Below the pieces are notes generated by a model. That model was not told where the DNA came from and ran no database searches. It worked only from the letters and a program-made list of their open reading frames with translations. Of a DNA stretch of 19,207 nucleotides, positions 1-8,727 are shown piece after piece; the stretch's first letter is position 1; each line of letters opens with the position of its first letter. The stretch lies in contig OZ223235.1 in NCBI GenBank assembly GCA_965140445.1, positions 1-19,207 on the forward strand, given 5' to 3'. Origin of the DNA: Candidatus Ozemobacteraceae bacterium (GTDB taxonomy: Bacteria; Muiribacteriota; Ozemobacteria; Ozemobacterales; Ozemobacteraceae). Both the position numbers and the translations under genes were made by a program.

Positions 1-246
1 CTAATGAAGATTCTTAAAGTTAAAAGATGGGCTTCGGAGAAAGAACCTCACAAAGTCCTTAAACTTTATGAACCCTATAGAATGTATGATTGGATATGCA
101 AAACATTTGATAAAGAAAAGCAAAATCCAAGTCACAAAGTTGGACTTATGAAAAGAGGTAGAGCAAAGGGTTTAATTTATGATTGCACAAAAGTTGCATG
201 CCCAACAGAGCCAATTTTCAAAGAACCAACCGATCAGTTAAAATAA
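1..246 (+). CDS. Hypothetical protein, probably the 3' end of a gene starting left of the window
   Basis: The frame is open from base 1 (CTA ATG AAG...) to TAA at 244-246 and is followed at once by a terminator hairpin. I recognise no motif. ATG at 4 may be internal. Confidence 0.6.
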   Translation, partial: LMKILKVKRWASEKEPHKVLKLYEPYRMYDWICKTFDKEKQNPSHKVGLMKRGRAKGLIYDCTKVACPTEPIFKEPTDQLK

Positions 247-249
247 ACG

Positions 250-282
250 AAAAAACTCCGCTTATATGGCGGAGTTTTTTTT
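250..282. terminator. Intrinsic terminator, probably bidirectional
   Basis: AAAAAACTCCGC-ttatatg-GCGGAGTTTTTT(TT): GC-rich stem with A/T tracts on both sides, between convergent genes. Confidence 0.85.
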
Positions 283-337
283 GCTCGATTTTCCAGATAT
301 CAAGTTATCTATAAAAACAATGACGAAGCTGTTTCTG

Positions 338-355
338 ATTGTAACAATTGTAACA
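338..355. repeat. 9-bp tandem repeat (ATTGTAACA)x2
   Basis: ATTGTAACA at 338-346 and 347-355, read directly from the sequence. Confidence 0.7.
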
Positions 356-387
356 AAAGAGAATATATGAAATGCTTACAACATTTC

Positions 388-3300
388 CTACGAAATCATA
401 ACCTTTTTGATTAGTTGGCTGAGTGTGGCGACACCATATGGCTTATTAATAAATCCAGACAAGCCGCTTTTCTTCATTTGGTGAAGATCCTCTTCCTTTG
501 AAAATCCTGAAGCCAAAATAACTTTTACATCTGGGTTTATTTCCTTTAGCCTTGAATAGCACTCTCTACCATTCATTACAGGCATTATCATATCTAGAAG
601 AACTAAATCTATTTTTTCAAATTCCTGCTCGTAGATTTCCAATCCTTCCTGGCCATTTACCGCGGTGACCGTTTCGTATCCCAGACTTTCAAGAATAGCT
701 GTAGCGGTTACTCTGATAACCTGTTCATCATCAATTATCAAAATACGCCCACTGCCGTGAGCAAGAATCTGAGTTCTAGCCTTAGGAATACCAGCAACAT
801 CAGTCAATGGAAGTAAAATATGGAATATTGCTCCCACATCAGGCTCGCTGTATACGGAGATAGCACCTTTGTGTTGTTGTATTATTCCAAAGGATGCTGC
901 CAACCCAAGCCCAGTGCCTTTTCCCTGCTCCTTGGTTGTAAAAAATGGTTCAAAAACTTTCTGAAGGTTTTCGGGATTAATTCCCACACCAGTGTCTGAT
1001 ACTTCTAATTTTATGTAATTGCCTGGTTCTAAGCTATAAGCTTTGCATTCAATCTCATCAATATACACAACCTTGCTGGTAACCTTAAAAAGGCCTCCAT
1101 CAGGCATTGCATGACTAGAATTTACTCCAAGATTTATAATAACATTCTGCAGCTGAGCTATATCACCTACGACCATGCTGCTATGAGCGTCTAATTTTTG
1201 CTCAATCTCTATTTTTTTATCAATACTGCATTCCAACAACGCGATAGCTTCTTTTATGGCGACGTGGACGTCAACGGGGGTGGAGGCTATATTGTTTTGC
1301 CTTCCAAAGGCAAGAAGCTTACGAATTAAATCTGCGGCTCTTTCTGACGACTCCTGAATAATTCCGAGATACTTTCTTGATTTCTCATCTTCTTTCAGTG
1401 AAAAACTCATTAATTCAGCGGCTCCAATGATTCCTGCTAACACATTATTAAAGTCATGGGCTATCCCGCCTGCTAATTGGCCCACAGCATCCATTTTCTG
1501 GGCCTGGTTAAGCTGTTGAGCAAGTTTTCTCTGCTCGGTAATTTCAAGAAATGCAATCCCACAATGATCTGGCTTGTAACAAAAAATAATCCCATCATAC
1601 CAGCGATCGGTTTTTGGATCATGGTTTTGAAATCTACAAGCTTTCCTGGTTCTGGCAACTTCGCCCAAATTCCTTACTAGATCAGGATTACTTTCAAACA
1701 AGTCAGGAAAAACTTCGCTGGCATTTTGTCCTCTCGGATCAACTCCAATAAACTCAATGAAATTCTTATTAGAGTCAATAACAAAGAAATCTACAGCCTC
1801 ACCACTGGAATCAAAAATTACTTTCTGAAAAGAAACTGCAATCAAGCTATTTTCAAATAAAGCATAAAACTTCCACTCGGCTTCTTTGAGAAGTTGCTGA
1901 TTAAGAAAGTCTTCAGTTATATTTCTGAAAACCAATACAACGCCTTTTATTTCGCCGGACTCATTTTTTATTGGCGAACTATTTTCTGAGACATAGTATT
2001 CAGAACCATCTTCAGATTTCAAAACAATAGTTTCTTTAATTTCTTTTTCTGACTCTAACCCCTGCTCTTGATTGTTAATAACCCTCTCTACCGGACTTGT
2101 ACACCTCTTAAGAGTTTCTATGTCCAGAACATTATAAACCTCATCCAAATCTCTTCCCAGAGCTTCATTTTGCACCCATCCGGTAAGTTTTTCAGCCATA
2201 GGGTTCATCCCAAGTATTTTTCCTGAAATATCAGTGGAAATTACAGCATCTGCAATTGAATTAAGAGTAATACGATGCTTTTCCTCTTCTCGCTGGATAG
2301 CGTTAAACAATTCTGCTTTTTCATTTTGTGAAGATTTAATAGAGTTGAGCATAGAGTTAATACATCTACCCAGATTTTGAGTTTCTTCAGCTCCACTAAT
2401 TGGAATCTGAACGGAATAGATTCCCTCTGCTTCAATCTTCATTGCAGCTTCAGAAAGTCTATTTAATGGCCTACTAAGGCTTTTCGCGAGCATAGATGTA
2501 AATAAAAGAACGAAAAGAATAATAAGAGCCATCAAGCCAATAATTTTCCAGCGCAACGTCCAGATAGGAGCATATATTTCATCCATAGCTACGGATGCAA
2601 CAATATACCAATCCAGGGGAGCAAAGTAGGCAACAAAAGCTCTTTTATTACCGTTAAATATTGATCTGCTATTGTCCGGTCTTTTCCACTCATACTCCAC
2701 CGATTTTTCTGAGGATTCTGTGGTCTTAGCCTGCTCCATTAGTCTTTCCATAAGCCTAATTCCAGCAGGTTCATAAACATCTTTTCGAAACTTTCCTGGA
2801 AAATCTGGATGAACAATAAACTTTTGCTTACCGTTAAAAACGTAAAGATAACTATTCTTAGAAACCTTGATTTTTCCAAAAGCTTTTTGGAGCTCTCTAA
2901 TAATAGCCTCAATTCTTAACTTACTATCTCTTTCAATGTCATCAATGTATATACCGGTTCCAATAATCCAATTCCACGGTTTAAAAAGGCTTACAAATGA
3001 AAGCTTGGGCTGACTTTTCAAAACCCCGGTAGCTGTTGGCTTCGGCCAGGTGTAGTTTACATAGCCGCTGCCTTTAGCCAAACACACGTCTACAAATTCT
3101 TGAAAAGGGTTTGCAACCTTTCCAAAGGTATCATCAAACAAAGGGACATGGCTATCCATTATCTCCCCTTCCAATTCTGGCATAATCGGGTGGAGAACAA
3201 CCTTGGGACTGGGGCTCTCAGTGTTATTTATCCATAGATAGCCATTTCCATCAGCATACCTAAGCTTTCTAAAAAATTCTATGCATTGCTTTTTGGCCGC

Positions 3301-3642
3301 CTCTTCACTTTTTTTCCCCGCCAGACACATCTGATACTGGTCATTTAACTCACAAAGTGCCAGTTCACTAATATTTTTCAGCTTTTGCTTTCTCTCATTT
3401 AGCAATGATTCACGGTGAAATAAATAGCTCTCATATTGATTTTCAATATGCACAACCGCCATTTTCAAAAGATTTTTAGCATGCAACATTTCAGAATGCA
3501 AAAAATGTTCTTCCATTTGCATCTGCTGAAAAATTGAAACAAGCAGGGCGGTAATGATAACAAGGGTAGAAGTTAAAGCAAATAAGCGCCCTCTAAAAGA
3601 AGTTAGTGGTAACAGCTTTTTGTTTGTACCCAATTTAACCAA
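388..3642 (-). CDS. Membrane-bound hybrid sensor histidine kinase: TM-Cache_2-type (double)-TM-HAMP-PAS-PAS-HisKA-HATPase-REC
   Basis: TM1 [19 protein letters not shown]. Cache signatures [43 protein letters not shown] and a second [20 protein letters not shown]2, then HAMP (SRPLNRL..EETQNL). PAS ([28 protein letters not shown]). H-box [11 protein letters not shown]1 DTGVG, F-box FEPFFTTK, G2 [24 protein letters not shown]. The TTG start is uncertain because there is no well-spaced SD. Confidence 0.95.
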   Translation of the reverse strand: MVKLGTNKKLLPLTSFRGRLFALTSTLVIITALLVSIFQQMQMEEHFLHSEMLHAKNLLKMAVVHIENQYESYLFHRESLLNERKQKLKNISELALCELNDQYQMCLAGKKSEEAAKKQCIEFFRKLRYADGNGYLWINNTESPSPKVVLHPIMPELEGEIMDSHVPLFDDTFGKVANPFQEFVDVCLAKGSGYVNYTWPKPTATGVLKSQPKLSFVSLFKPWNWIIGTGIYIDDIERDSKLRIEAIIRELQKAFGKIKVSKNSYLYVFNGKQKFIVHPDFPGKFRKDVYEPAGIRLMERLMEQAKTTESSEKSVEYEWKRPDNSRSIFNGNKRAFVAYFAPLDWYIVASVAMDEIYAPIWTLRWKIIGLMALIILFVLLFTSMLAKSLSRPLNRLSEAAMKIEAEGIYSVQIPISGAEETQNLGRCINSMLNSIKSSQNEKAELFNAIQREEEKHRITLNSIADAVISTDISGKILGMNPMAEKLTGWVQNEALGRDLDEVYNVLDIETLKRCTSPVERVINNQEQGLESEKEIKETIVLKSEDGSEYYVSENSSPIKNESGEIKGVVLVFRNITEDFLNQQLLKEAEWKFYALFENSLIAVSFQKVIFDSSGEAVDFFVIDSNKNFIEFIGVDPRGQNASEVFPDLFESNPDLVRNLGEVARTRKACRFQNHDPKTDRWYDGIIFCYKPDHCGIAFLEITEQRKLAQQLNQAQKMDAVGQLAGGIAHDFNNVLAGIIGAAELMSFSLKEDEKSRKYLGIIQESSERAADLIRKLLAFGRQNNIASTPVDVHVAIKEAIALLECSIDKKIEIEQKLDAHSSMVVGDIAQLQNVIINLGVNSSHAMPDGGLFKVTSKVVYIDEIECKAYSLEPGNYIKLEVSDTGVGINPENLQKVFEPFFTTKEQGKGTGLGLAASFGIIQQHKGAISVYSEPDVGAIFHILLPLTDVAGIPKARTQILAHGSGRILIIDDEQVIRVTATAILESLGYETVTAVNGQEGLEIYEQEFEKIDLVLLDMIMPVMNGRECYSRLKEINPDVKVILASGFSKEEDLHQMKKSGLSGFINKPYGVATLSQLIKKVMIS

Positions 3643-3689
3643 CCTTTTTTCTAGATTTGGTCGACTCCCTGAATGTTTCTTATATCTAT

Positions 3690-3699
3690 AAGTATATCA
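3690..3699 (-). promoter_or_regulatory. Putative extended -10 (sigma-70 type) promoter of the hybrid kinase
   Basis: Minus strand reads TGaTATACTT (TGn + TATACT), about 48 nt before the TTG. No convincing -35. Confidence 0.5.
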
Positions 3700-3843
3700 A
3701 AAAGAAAAGCGCTTTCGGCGGCTTAATTTTTTCAGAGTCACAATTGGTTGAAAATACATCAAATTATGCGTCACACATTGCGCACTATTTTCGAAAAATG
3801 TCGCAAAAAACACCGTATTCTGTCCATTTAAGTTAATTACATA

Positions 3844-3859
3844 TGGCACGCCAATTGCA
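3844..3859 (+). promoter_or_regulatory. Sigma-54 (RpoN) -24/-12 promoter
   Basis: TGGCAC-GCCAA-TTGCA is an exact match to TGGCAC-N5-TTGCW. It lies 50 nt upstream of ATG 3910, with SD AGGAGG at 3896-3901. Confidence 0.88.
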
Positions 3860-3909
3860 AATGTTTTCCTCACAGGTATTTAAAACCTGATTTTCAGGAG
3901 GAATGAGCC

Positions 3910-5283
3910 ATGAATGAAACAACAGGACCAGGAATAGCAACTGCAGTAGATGGAATTACAATAAAAGCTAACAGCATTGATGAAAAACCTTTAGAACAAG
4001 AAGAAACTGCCACCAACAATTCACACACAGCGCCATCTCAGCCACAAAACAATGCTCAACCACAATATTCGGACTCCTCAAAGGATCTTCCTCCAAAACT
4101 TCCCAAGTCACAAAAACCTCCTGAATTTAGCTTTTCTGACTGGTTCAAAAACAACAATCCTCTTTATCTATTGAGCGTTTTGTTTATGCTACTTGGACTC
4201 CACCTTGTAAGTTCTGATGCACAGGCAAGTAACCTCAGTGTTAATGGTCTTCTTGCTTTTTTTGCAATACAAAACATTTATGAAATTTTAATGGTTGGGA
4301 TGGCTCTGTATCTTCTAAAATCCAAGATTCAACCTGGACACGGAAAGCTTCTGCTCCTATTTGTTCTTTTATTTCTTGGAGATGTAACATTTTACCAGGT
4401 TAGAATTTCTGGACTGTCTGTTGCTTTAGGCAACCTGGCAACATTGGTTTATATGGTTCTGGCATGCATAAAACTAGCAGCAGTTATAAAGGCTCTAAAT
4501 CTTAAAATTTATCACTGGAGAATCTTTTACGTTCTTTCTTCATTTTCATTAATCTGGATTGGGCCTAAAATTACCTATAACCTCATGGATTCTATTGGCA
4601 AATCAGTAAGCTCATACTTTAACGCAACAACAATAATCTACTTAATATGGCTCACTGCTGGTCTAATACACCTTCCAATAATAATTAAGCATTGGTTTTC
4701 AAATCAGTTAAATGAACCTGAAGAAAACTCTTTTATCGGCAATGAAACAACTTTCTGGCGCTACCTGATGGTATTTCCATTCATAATCATGCCAGTTCAG
4801 CTGCTATTAAATGTTATGGCCGATTCTTCTTTATCGATATCCTCTTCTACCCCATCTGTAACTTTAATTGTCCCATGGTTTATTATGGCTGGATTCTTTG
4901 CTCAAACAATGTGGAAAAGAAGTATTAGCAAAATCATTAAAATTAACCTTTTTGATTCAATCCTACTTGGCTTTGCAACGTTAGTTACCATGGTTACACT
5001 TGATGCTGAGCTGACCCCAGTAATTATCAATTTTACAATTGCAATTTCAGCTTTATTAATCACTGTTATTACCAGAAAAAATACTCAAAATGCTGCCATA
5101 TTAGGATTTGTAGGTCTTTATTTCAGCGGAACCCAGTTCTATAGCGCAGCAAAAAGCGCTGTAAACTACAGCAAAGGGCTTTCAAAAACTGCATGGGCAG
5201 GCATTCTAATGGCAGGCTCATTTGTAACACTTGGCCTTGGATTTCTTCTTAGTATTGGAAAAAAAACTGATAACGTAGAATAA
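3910..5283 (+). CDS. Hypothetical polytopic membrane protein (about 11-12 TM) with a disordered Pro/Gln/Ser/Asn-rich N-terminal tail
   Basis: 457-aa ORF with a strong SD. The first ~70 aa are low-complexity and hydrophilic. Repeated hydrophobic segments follow from NNNPLYLLSVLFMLLGL onward, and a terminator follows the stop. Confidence 0.85.
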   Translation: MNETTGPGIATAVDGITIKANSIDEKPLEQEETATNNSHTAPSQPQNNAQPQYSDSSKDLPPKLPKSQKPPEFSFSDWFKNNNPLYLLSVLFMLLGLHLVSSDAQASNLSVNGLLAFFAIQNIYEILMVGMALYLLKSKIQPGHGKLLLLFVLLFLGDVTFYQVRISGLSVALGNLATLVYMVLACIKLAAVIKALNLKIYHWRIFYVLSSFSLIWIGPKITYNLMDSIGKSVSSYFNATTIIYLIWLTAGLIHLPIIIKHWFSNQLNEPEENSFIGNETTFWRYLMVFPFIIMPVQLLLNVMADSSLSISSSTPSVTLIVPWFIMAGFFAQTMWKRSISKIIKINLFDSILLGFATLVTMVTLDAELTPVIINFTIAISALLITVITRKNTQNAAILGFVGLYFSGTQFYSAAKSAVNYSKGLSKTAWAGILMAGSFVTLGLGFLLSIGKKTDNVE

Positions 5284-5298
5284 ATCTAGCTTTACGCA

Positions 5299-5331
5299 AA
5301 AATGGGGCTGCCAGTTAAGCAGCCCCATTTT
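5299..5331. terminator. Bidirectional intrinsic terminator
   Basis: Perfect 13-bp inverted repeat AAAATGGGGCTGC-cagttaa-GCAGCCCCATTTT between convergent genes. Confidence 0.9.
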
Positions 5332-5369
5332 CCTTTTATATCTTCATACCTGACAACAATACTAAGCGT

Positions 5370-8138
5370 TTATTTCATTCTGAATATCGCAACAGTAAGC
5401 GGTTCAAGGATAAGTTTAGAGTTCTCAAATACAACCCCCTTAGGGTTTTGAATTTGATTTAATCCAGCCACAGCCTGATCGGCAATAAGTTCAGCCCTGG
5501 ATAAATTCTCTTTTATACTGAGTTCTCGAACCTTATTGTCTGCATTCACAAAAACCAGGAAAGCTTCACTTTTGGTTGAACGGCACTTATATGCTATGAG
5601 CAAATCCTCCTGACCTATCTCTGGAGCAGGAATTAGCGTAACATTTTTATCAACAAGGTCCTGAGAACCAAGTCTAAATGCATCACTGGATCTTCTAATT
5701 GCTATCAAGCCACGAGTGTAATTTCTGGTTGCGATATTATTGGGAAATTTTTTAACGTTTGTGGCTTTGCTCCAGTCAAACATATTGATTGCATCTGATG
5801 AGTCGTAGGAATCATGTATAAAATACGGGTGTTTAAAAGGACTTCCACTTTCATCAGTCATTTCATGGAATTTGTCTTCTGGTTTTCCGTCAGCAAGCCA
5901 TTGTTTTGTCCGTCCAAATTCTTGTCCTGCATGCAAGAACGCTGTTCCCTGAGACGTTAAGATTAATGCGTTACCGATTCTGATCCGACGATGAATTTCA
6001 AGATCATTTTGCGCCAGTTCAGGGTCCTTTTTAATGGACTGGGCAATCACATCATAAAGCGGCAAATTGTCGTGAGCAGCAATGTATTGAACCATGTCTC
6101 CCGGGGCATTAGCAGGTGTGTTATCTGGCTGGCCCTTAATATTTTTAAAAAGCTTTTGAATATTACGTCTACCGCCAGTTAAAAACCTTGGTTCCCCTTC
6201 ACATCCAAAGCCAGATTTCAGCTCATTTCTAATTTCATCCGAGAAAACACCAACATCATTTGTTTTAGCCATCCAATCCTGATCTGCTCCCTTTCCTGCA
6301 AGCTTAGGATCTTCAATGTGGCCTTTGAAAGTTCGCCAACCTTCACCGATAAAAACACAATTGGGATTGATAGCTTTTGCAGCATTAAAAGCATTTTGAA
6401 CCGCTTCATAGGTTGCATCACCCATCATGTCCCAGCGCATTCCATCAATCTTGTATTCATTAAACCAGTATTTAACCGAATCTATCATTAGCTTTTGTGC
6501 CATTTTTCGATTGGTTGCCAGGTTGTTTCCAAAATCTCCAAGGAAACCACCTTCAGGATTCTGGAAAAAATAATAATCAGGAACAATATCATTCAAAAAA
6601 CTGGACTTCGCCATGTGGGTATAGACCACATCCAGAATCACTCCCATTCCAGCTTTATGGATTTCATTTATAAGAAATTTCAACTCAGCAATTCGCTCCT
6701 GAGCTACCTCTGGTTTCAAAGAATAGGCACCATCTGGTGAAAAATAACACTGCGGGTCATATCCCCAGTTAAATTGGTTGTTTTTGGCGCAGTAATCGAG
6801 TTCGCGCTGATTCATTTTTGTTTCATCACCGAAATACCAGGCCATAACTGGCAACAACTGAATGTGTGTTACTCCCATCGACTTGATGTAATCGAGCTTG
6901 CTGGCAAACGCTCTGAAACTACCCCATCGGCAACTCAAAGAAGACTCTATTAATGGATCAGAGGTAAAATCTCTAACGTGAACTTCATAAATTACCGCAT
7001 CTTCTCGTTTAGAAAAGTTTTTAATAACTGCCTTAACAGGCGCTTTTCCTGACTTTTCTGGAATAACGAACGCAGCTTTGCCAACAAAATCTTTGCTAGA
7101 GCCTGCGTTGCTGCCATCAGGACTTATGGTAACGGGAGCCATGGATTTTGCATATGGATCTAGAACCAGTTTAGGCATTTCACCGTGGTTGGTAATTTCA
7201 TACTGGTAGTAGTAACCAGAAAGATCTGCAACTGGCGTTTTATCAGCATCCAAATTGATAGTCCAAATGCCACGATCAGCTTTTTCCAAGTCAACTTTCG
7301 CAATTTGTCTTTTCTGATCGGCTTTATCATAGATCACAGCGCTGACTTTAGAGGCTTTTGGTGCCCAGAGCTTTAAGCAAAAGGAACCATTTTGCCAGGT
7401 GCAGCCCAGGTCATCTCCTTCATAAGCATATAGCTCATCGATCAATCTCCAGCTCTTAGTTGCAAGAATACTTTTGTCTGAAAAAGAAACCACGATAGGA
7501 GTCTTTTCCGGCAAAATTTTGGTTTTAAGAAAGAAAACGCTGTCTTTTCCAGGGGACAAACTAATAACTTTGAGCTCTTTTTTGTTTGCATCAAGCAAAC
7601 TAATTCTGGCTAATAAATCTTCATTTGTCATAGCAGGTCTGGCATTAAAATTTAATTTTATGGTTTCCAGATCCAAAATTGAAGCCTTTACAATCTCATA
7701 ATCCATATCAAAATCAGGAGACGAATAAACTTTGTCATCATTTTCTTTCACATAAAAACGATTCATATCTTCTTTAATTTCAACTTCCTTGTTTCCAGAA
7801 TCTTTTTGTCCACTTTTACGATTAACAACTAAAAATCCGAACCTCCGGGCTCCTGGTTTAACTTTTAAATCAATAACCCCCCAACTATCCTTGGGATTTT
7901 TTGAAATTTGGATCGCCCCTTTAGGCCAGTTGCTGGAAGGCTCTTCCACATCACCCCAAGCCCAGATTCCAAGATCATTAAAATTTTGATCCGCTCTAAA
8001 ATAATTAATCCTTACATGGTTTTTCTGTATTTCCTTATCCGGCTCTATTGCCATAGAAGGAACAGAACAAAATAAAACTTGTAGTGATAAGAAAATCAGA
8101 AAAAAACTAATTGATCGTTTCAGGCAAAATCTGTCCAC
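5370..8138 (-). CDS. pulA: Secreted type I pullulanase (CBM41/PUD - CBM48 - GH13 catalytic domain)
   Basis: Signal peptide ending ..VPSMA|IEP. CBM41-like RINYFR..GIWAWGDV..WP. CBM48 LWAPKA..GIW..YYQY..LDPYAK. IYEVHVRDF, GVTHIQLLP, pullulanase signature FNWGYDP. Catalytic regions DGMRWDMMG, IGEGW, AAHDN. GTG start with a GGGGG SD. Confidence 0.95.
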   Translation of the reverse strand: MDRFCLKRSISFFLIFLSLQVLFCSVPSMAIEPDKEIQKNHVRINYFRADQNFNDLGIWAWGDVEEPSSNWPKGAIQISKNPKDSWGVIDLKVKPGARRFGFLVVNRKSGQKDSGNKEVEIKEDMNRFYVKENDDKVYSSPDFDMDYEIVKASILDLETIKLNFNARPAMTNEDLLARISLLDANKKELKVISLSPGKDSVFFLKTKILPEKTPIVVSFSDKSILATKSWRLIDELYAYEGDDLGCTWQNGSFCLKLWAPKASKVSAVIYDKADQKRQIAKVDLEKADRGIWTINLDADKTPVADLSGYYYQYEITNHGEMPKLVLDPYAKSMAPVTISPDGSNAGSSKDFVGKAAFVIPEKSGKAPVKAVIKNFSKREDAVIYEVHVRDFTSDPLIESSLSCRWGSFRAFASKLDYIKSMGVTHIQLLPVMAWYFGDETKMNQRELDYCAKNNQFNWGYDPQCYFSPDGAYSLKPEVAQERIAELKFLINEIHKAGMGVILDVVYTHMAKSSFLNDIVPDYYFFQNPEGGFLGDFGNNLATNRKMAQKLMIDSVKYWFNEYKIDGMRWDMMGDATYEAVQNAFNAAKAINPNCVFIGEGWRTFKGHIEDPKLAGKGADQDWMAKTNDVGVFSDEIRNELKSGFGCEGEPRFLTGGRRNIQKLFKNIKGQPDNTPANAPGDMVQYIAAHDNLPLYDVIAQSIKKDPELAQNDLEIHRRIRIGNALILTSQGTAFLHAGQEFGRTKQWLADGKPEDKFHEMTDESGSPFKHPYFIHDSYDSSDAINMFDWSKATNVKKFPNNIATRNYTRGLIAIRRSSDAFRLGSQDLVDKNVTLIPAPEIGQEDLLIAYKCRSTKSEAFLVFVNADNKVRELSIKENLSRAELIADQAVAGLNQIQNPKGVVFENSKLILEPLTVAIFRMK

Positions 8139-8263
8139 TAATAGCCCCCAGCATTTTTTCTTTATGATACAGGAAAAAATGATTATCGAATAATTTTTAC
8201 TTTGCTTTTTATGTAACTAACCAACAATTCGCTCTTTCATTTTTAAATTAGGCACAAAGGCAT

Positions 8264-8274
8264 TGTGTTAAAAT
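8264..8274 (+). promoter_or_regulatory. Putative extended -10 promoter for the 8344-10078 operon
   Basis: TGTGt-TAAAAT (TRTGn-TAnnnT), about 70 nt before ATG 8344. SD GAGAGG at 8333-8338. Confidence 0.5.
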
Positions 8275-8343
8275 TAAGTTTATTGAGGTTCTAACACTAA
8301 TAAATTTTTCGTTTTACTAAACAGTAAAAAATGAGAGGCTATT

Positions 8344-8727
8344 ATGACAAACAAGAAACTTTTTCCCCCAGTTTTGGGTCTATTCTGCATGGCTTTTGGA
8401 GGCTTGCTGCTCCACTATCGGATTCATCCACCATCCAAGGATACATTTAATTATATTGCCGTCGGTTTTCCAATTTTTAACACTTTCGTTCTGCCATTTA
8501 TGTTTTTCAAGGAAAAGACCTGGCGTTGGGCTTATCTCATAAATGCAATCAGTGTAGTAATAGGCGTTTTAGCCATGACCATGCATTCGATAAAGACATG
8601 GGATAAACCTTTAACAATTACAAACATCTTATTGCTTTCAACAATGGCTGACAGCCTGATATTGCTTGCGAAACTTCCTCTGGCGCACCAGATAAAACTC
8701 ATTTGGACTGGTTCAGAAAATGAATAA
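8344..8727 (+). CDS. Small 4-TM membrane protein with a His cluster, function unknown
   Basis: 127 aa, SD GAGAGG, four hydrophobic segments, LLLHYRIHP and MTMH motifs. It overlaps the next gene by 8 nt (ATGAATAA). Confidence 0.8.
   Translation: MTNKKLFPPVLGLFCMAFGGLLLHYRIHPPSKDTFNYIAVGFPIFNTFVLPFMFFKEKTWRWAYLINAISVVIGVLAMTMHSIKTWDKPLTITNILLLSTMADSLILLAKLPLAHQIKLIWTGSENE

Noticed and set aside
8250..8265. AGGCAC upstream of the NOX operon as a sigma-54 promoter
   Set aside because: No GC at -12 (reads CATTG). An extended -10 explains the region better.
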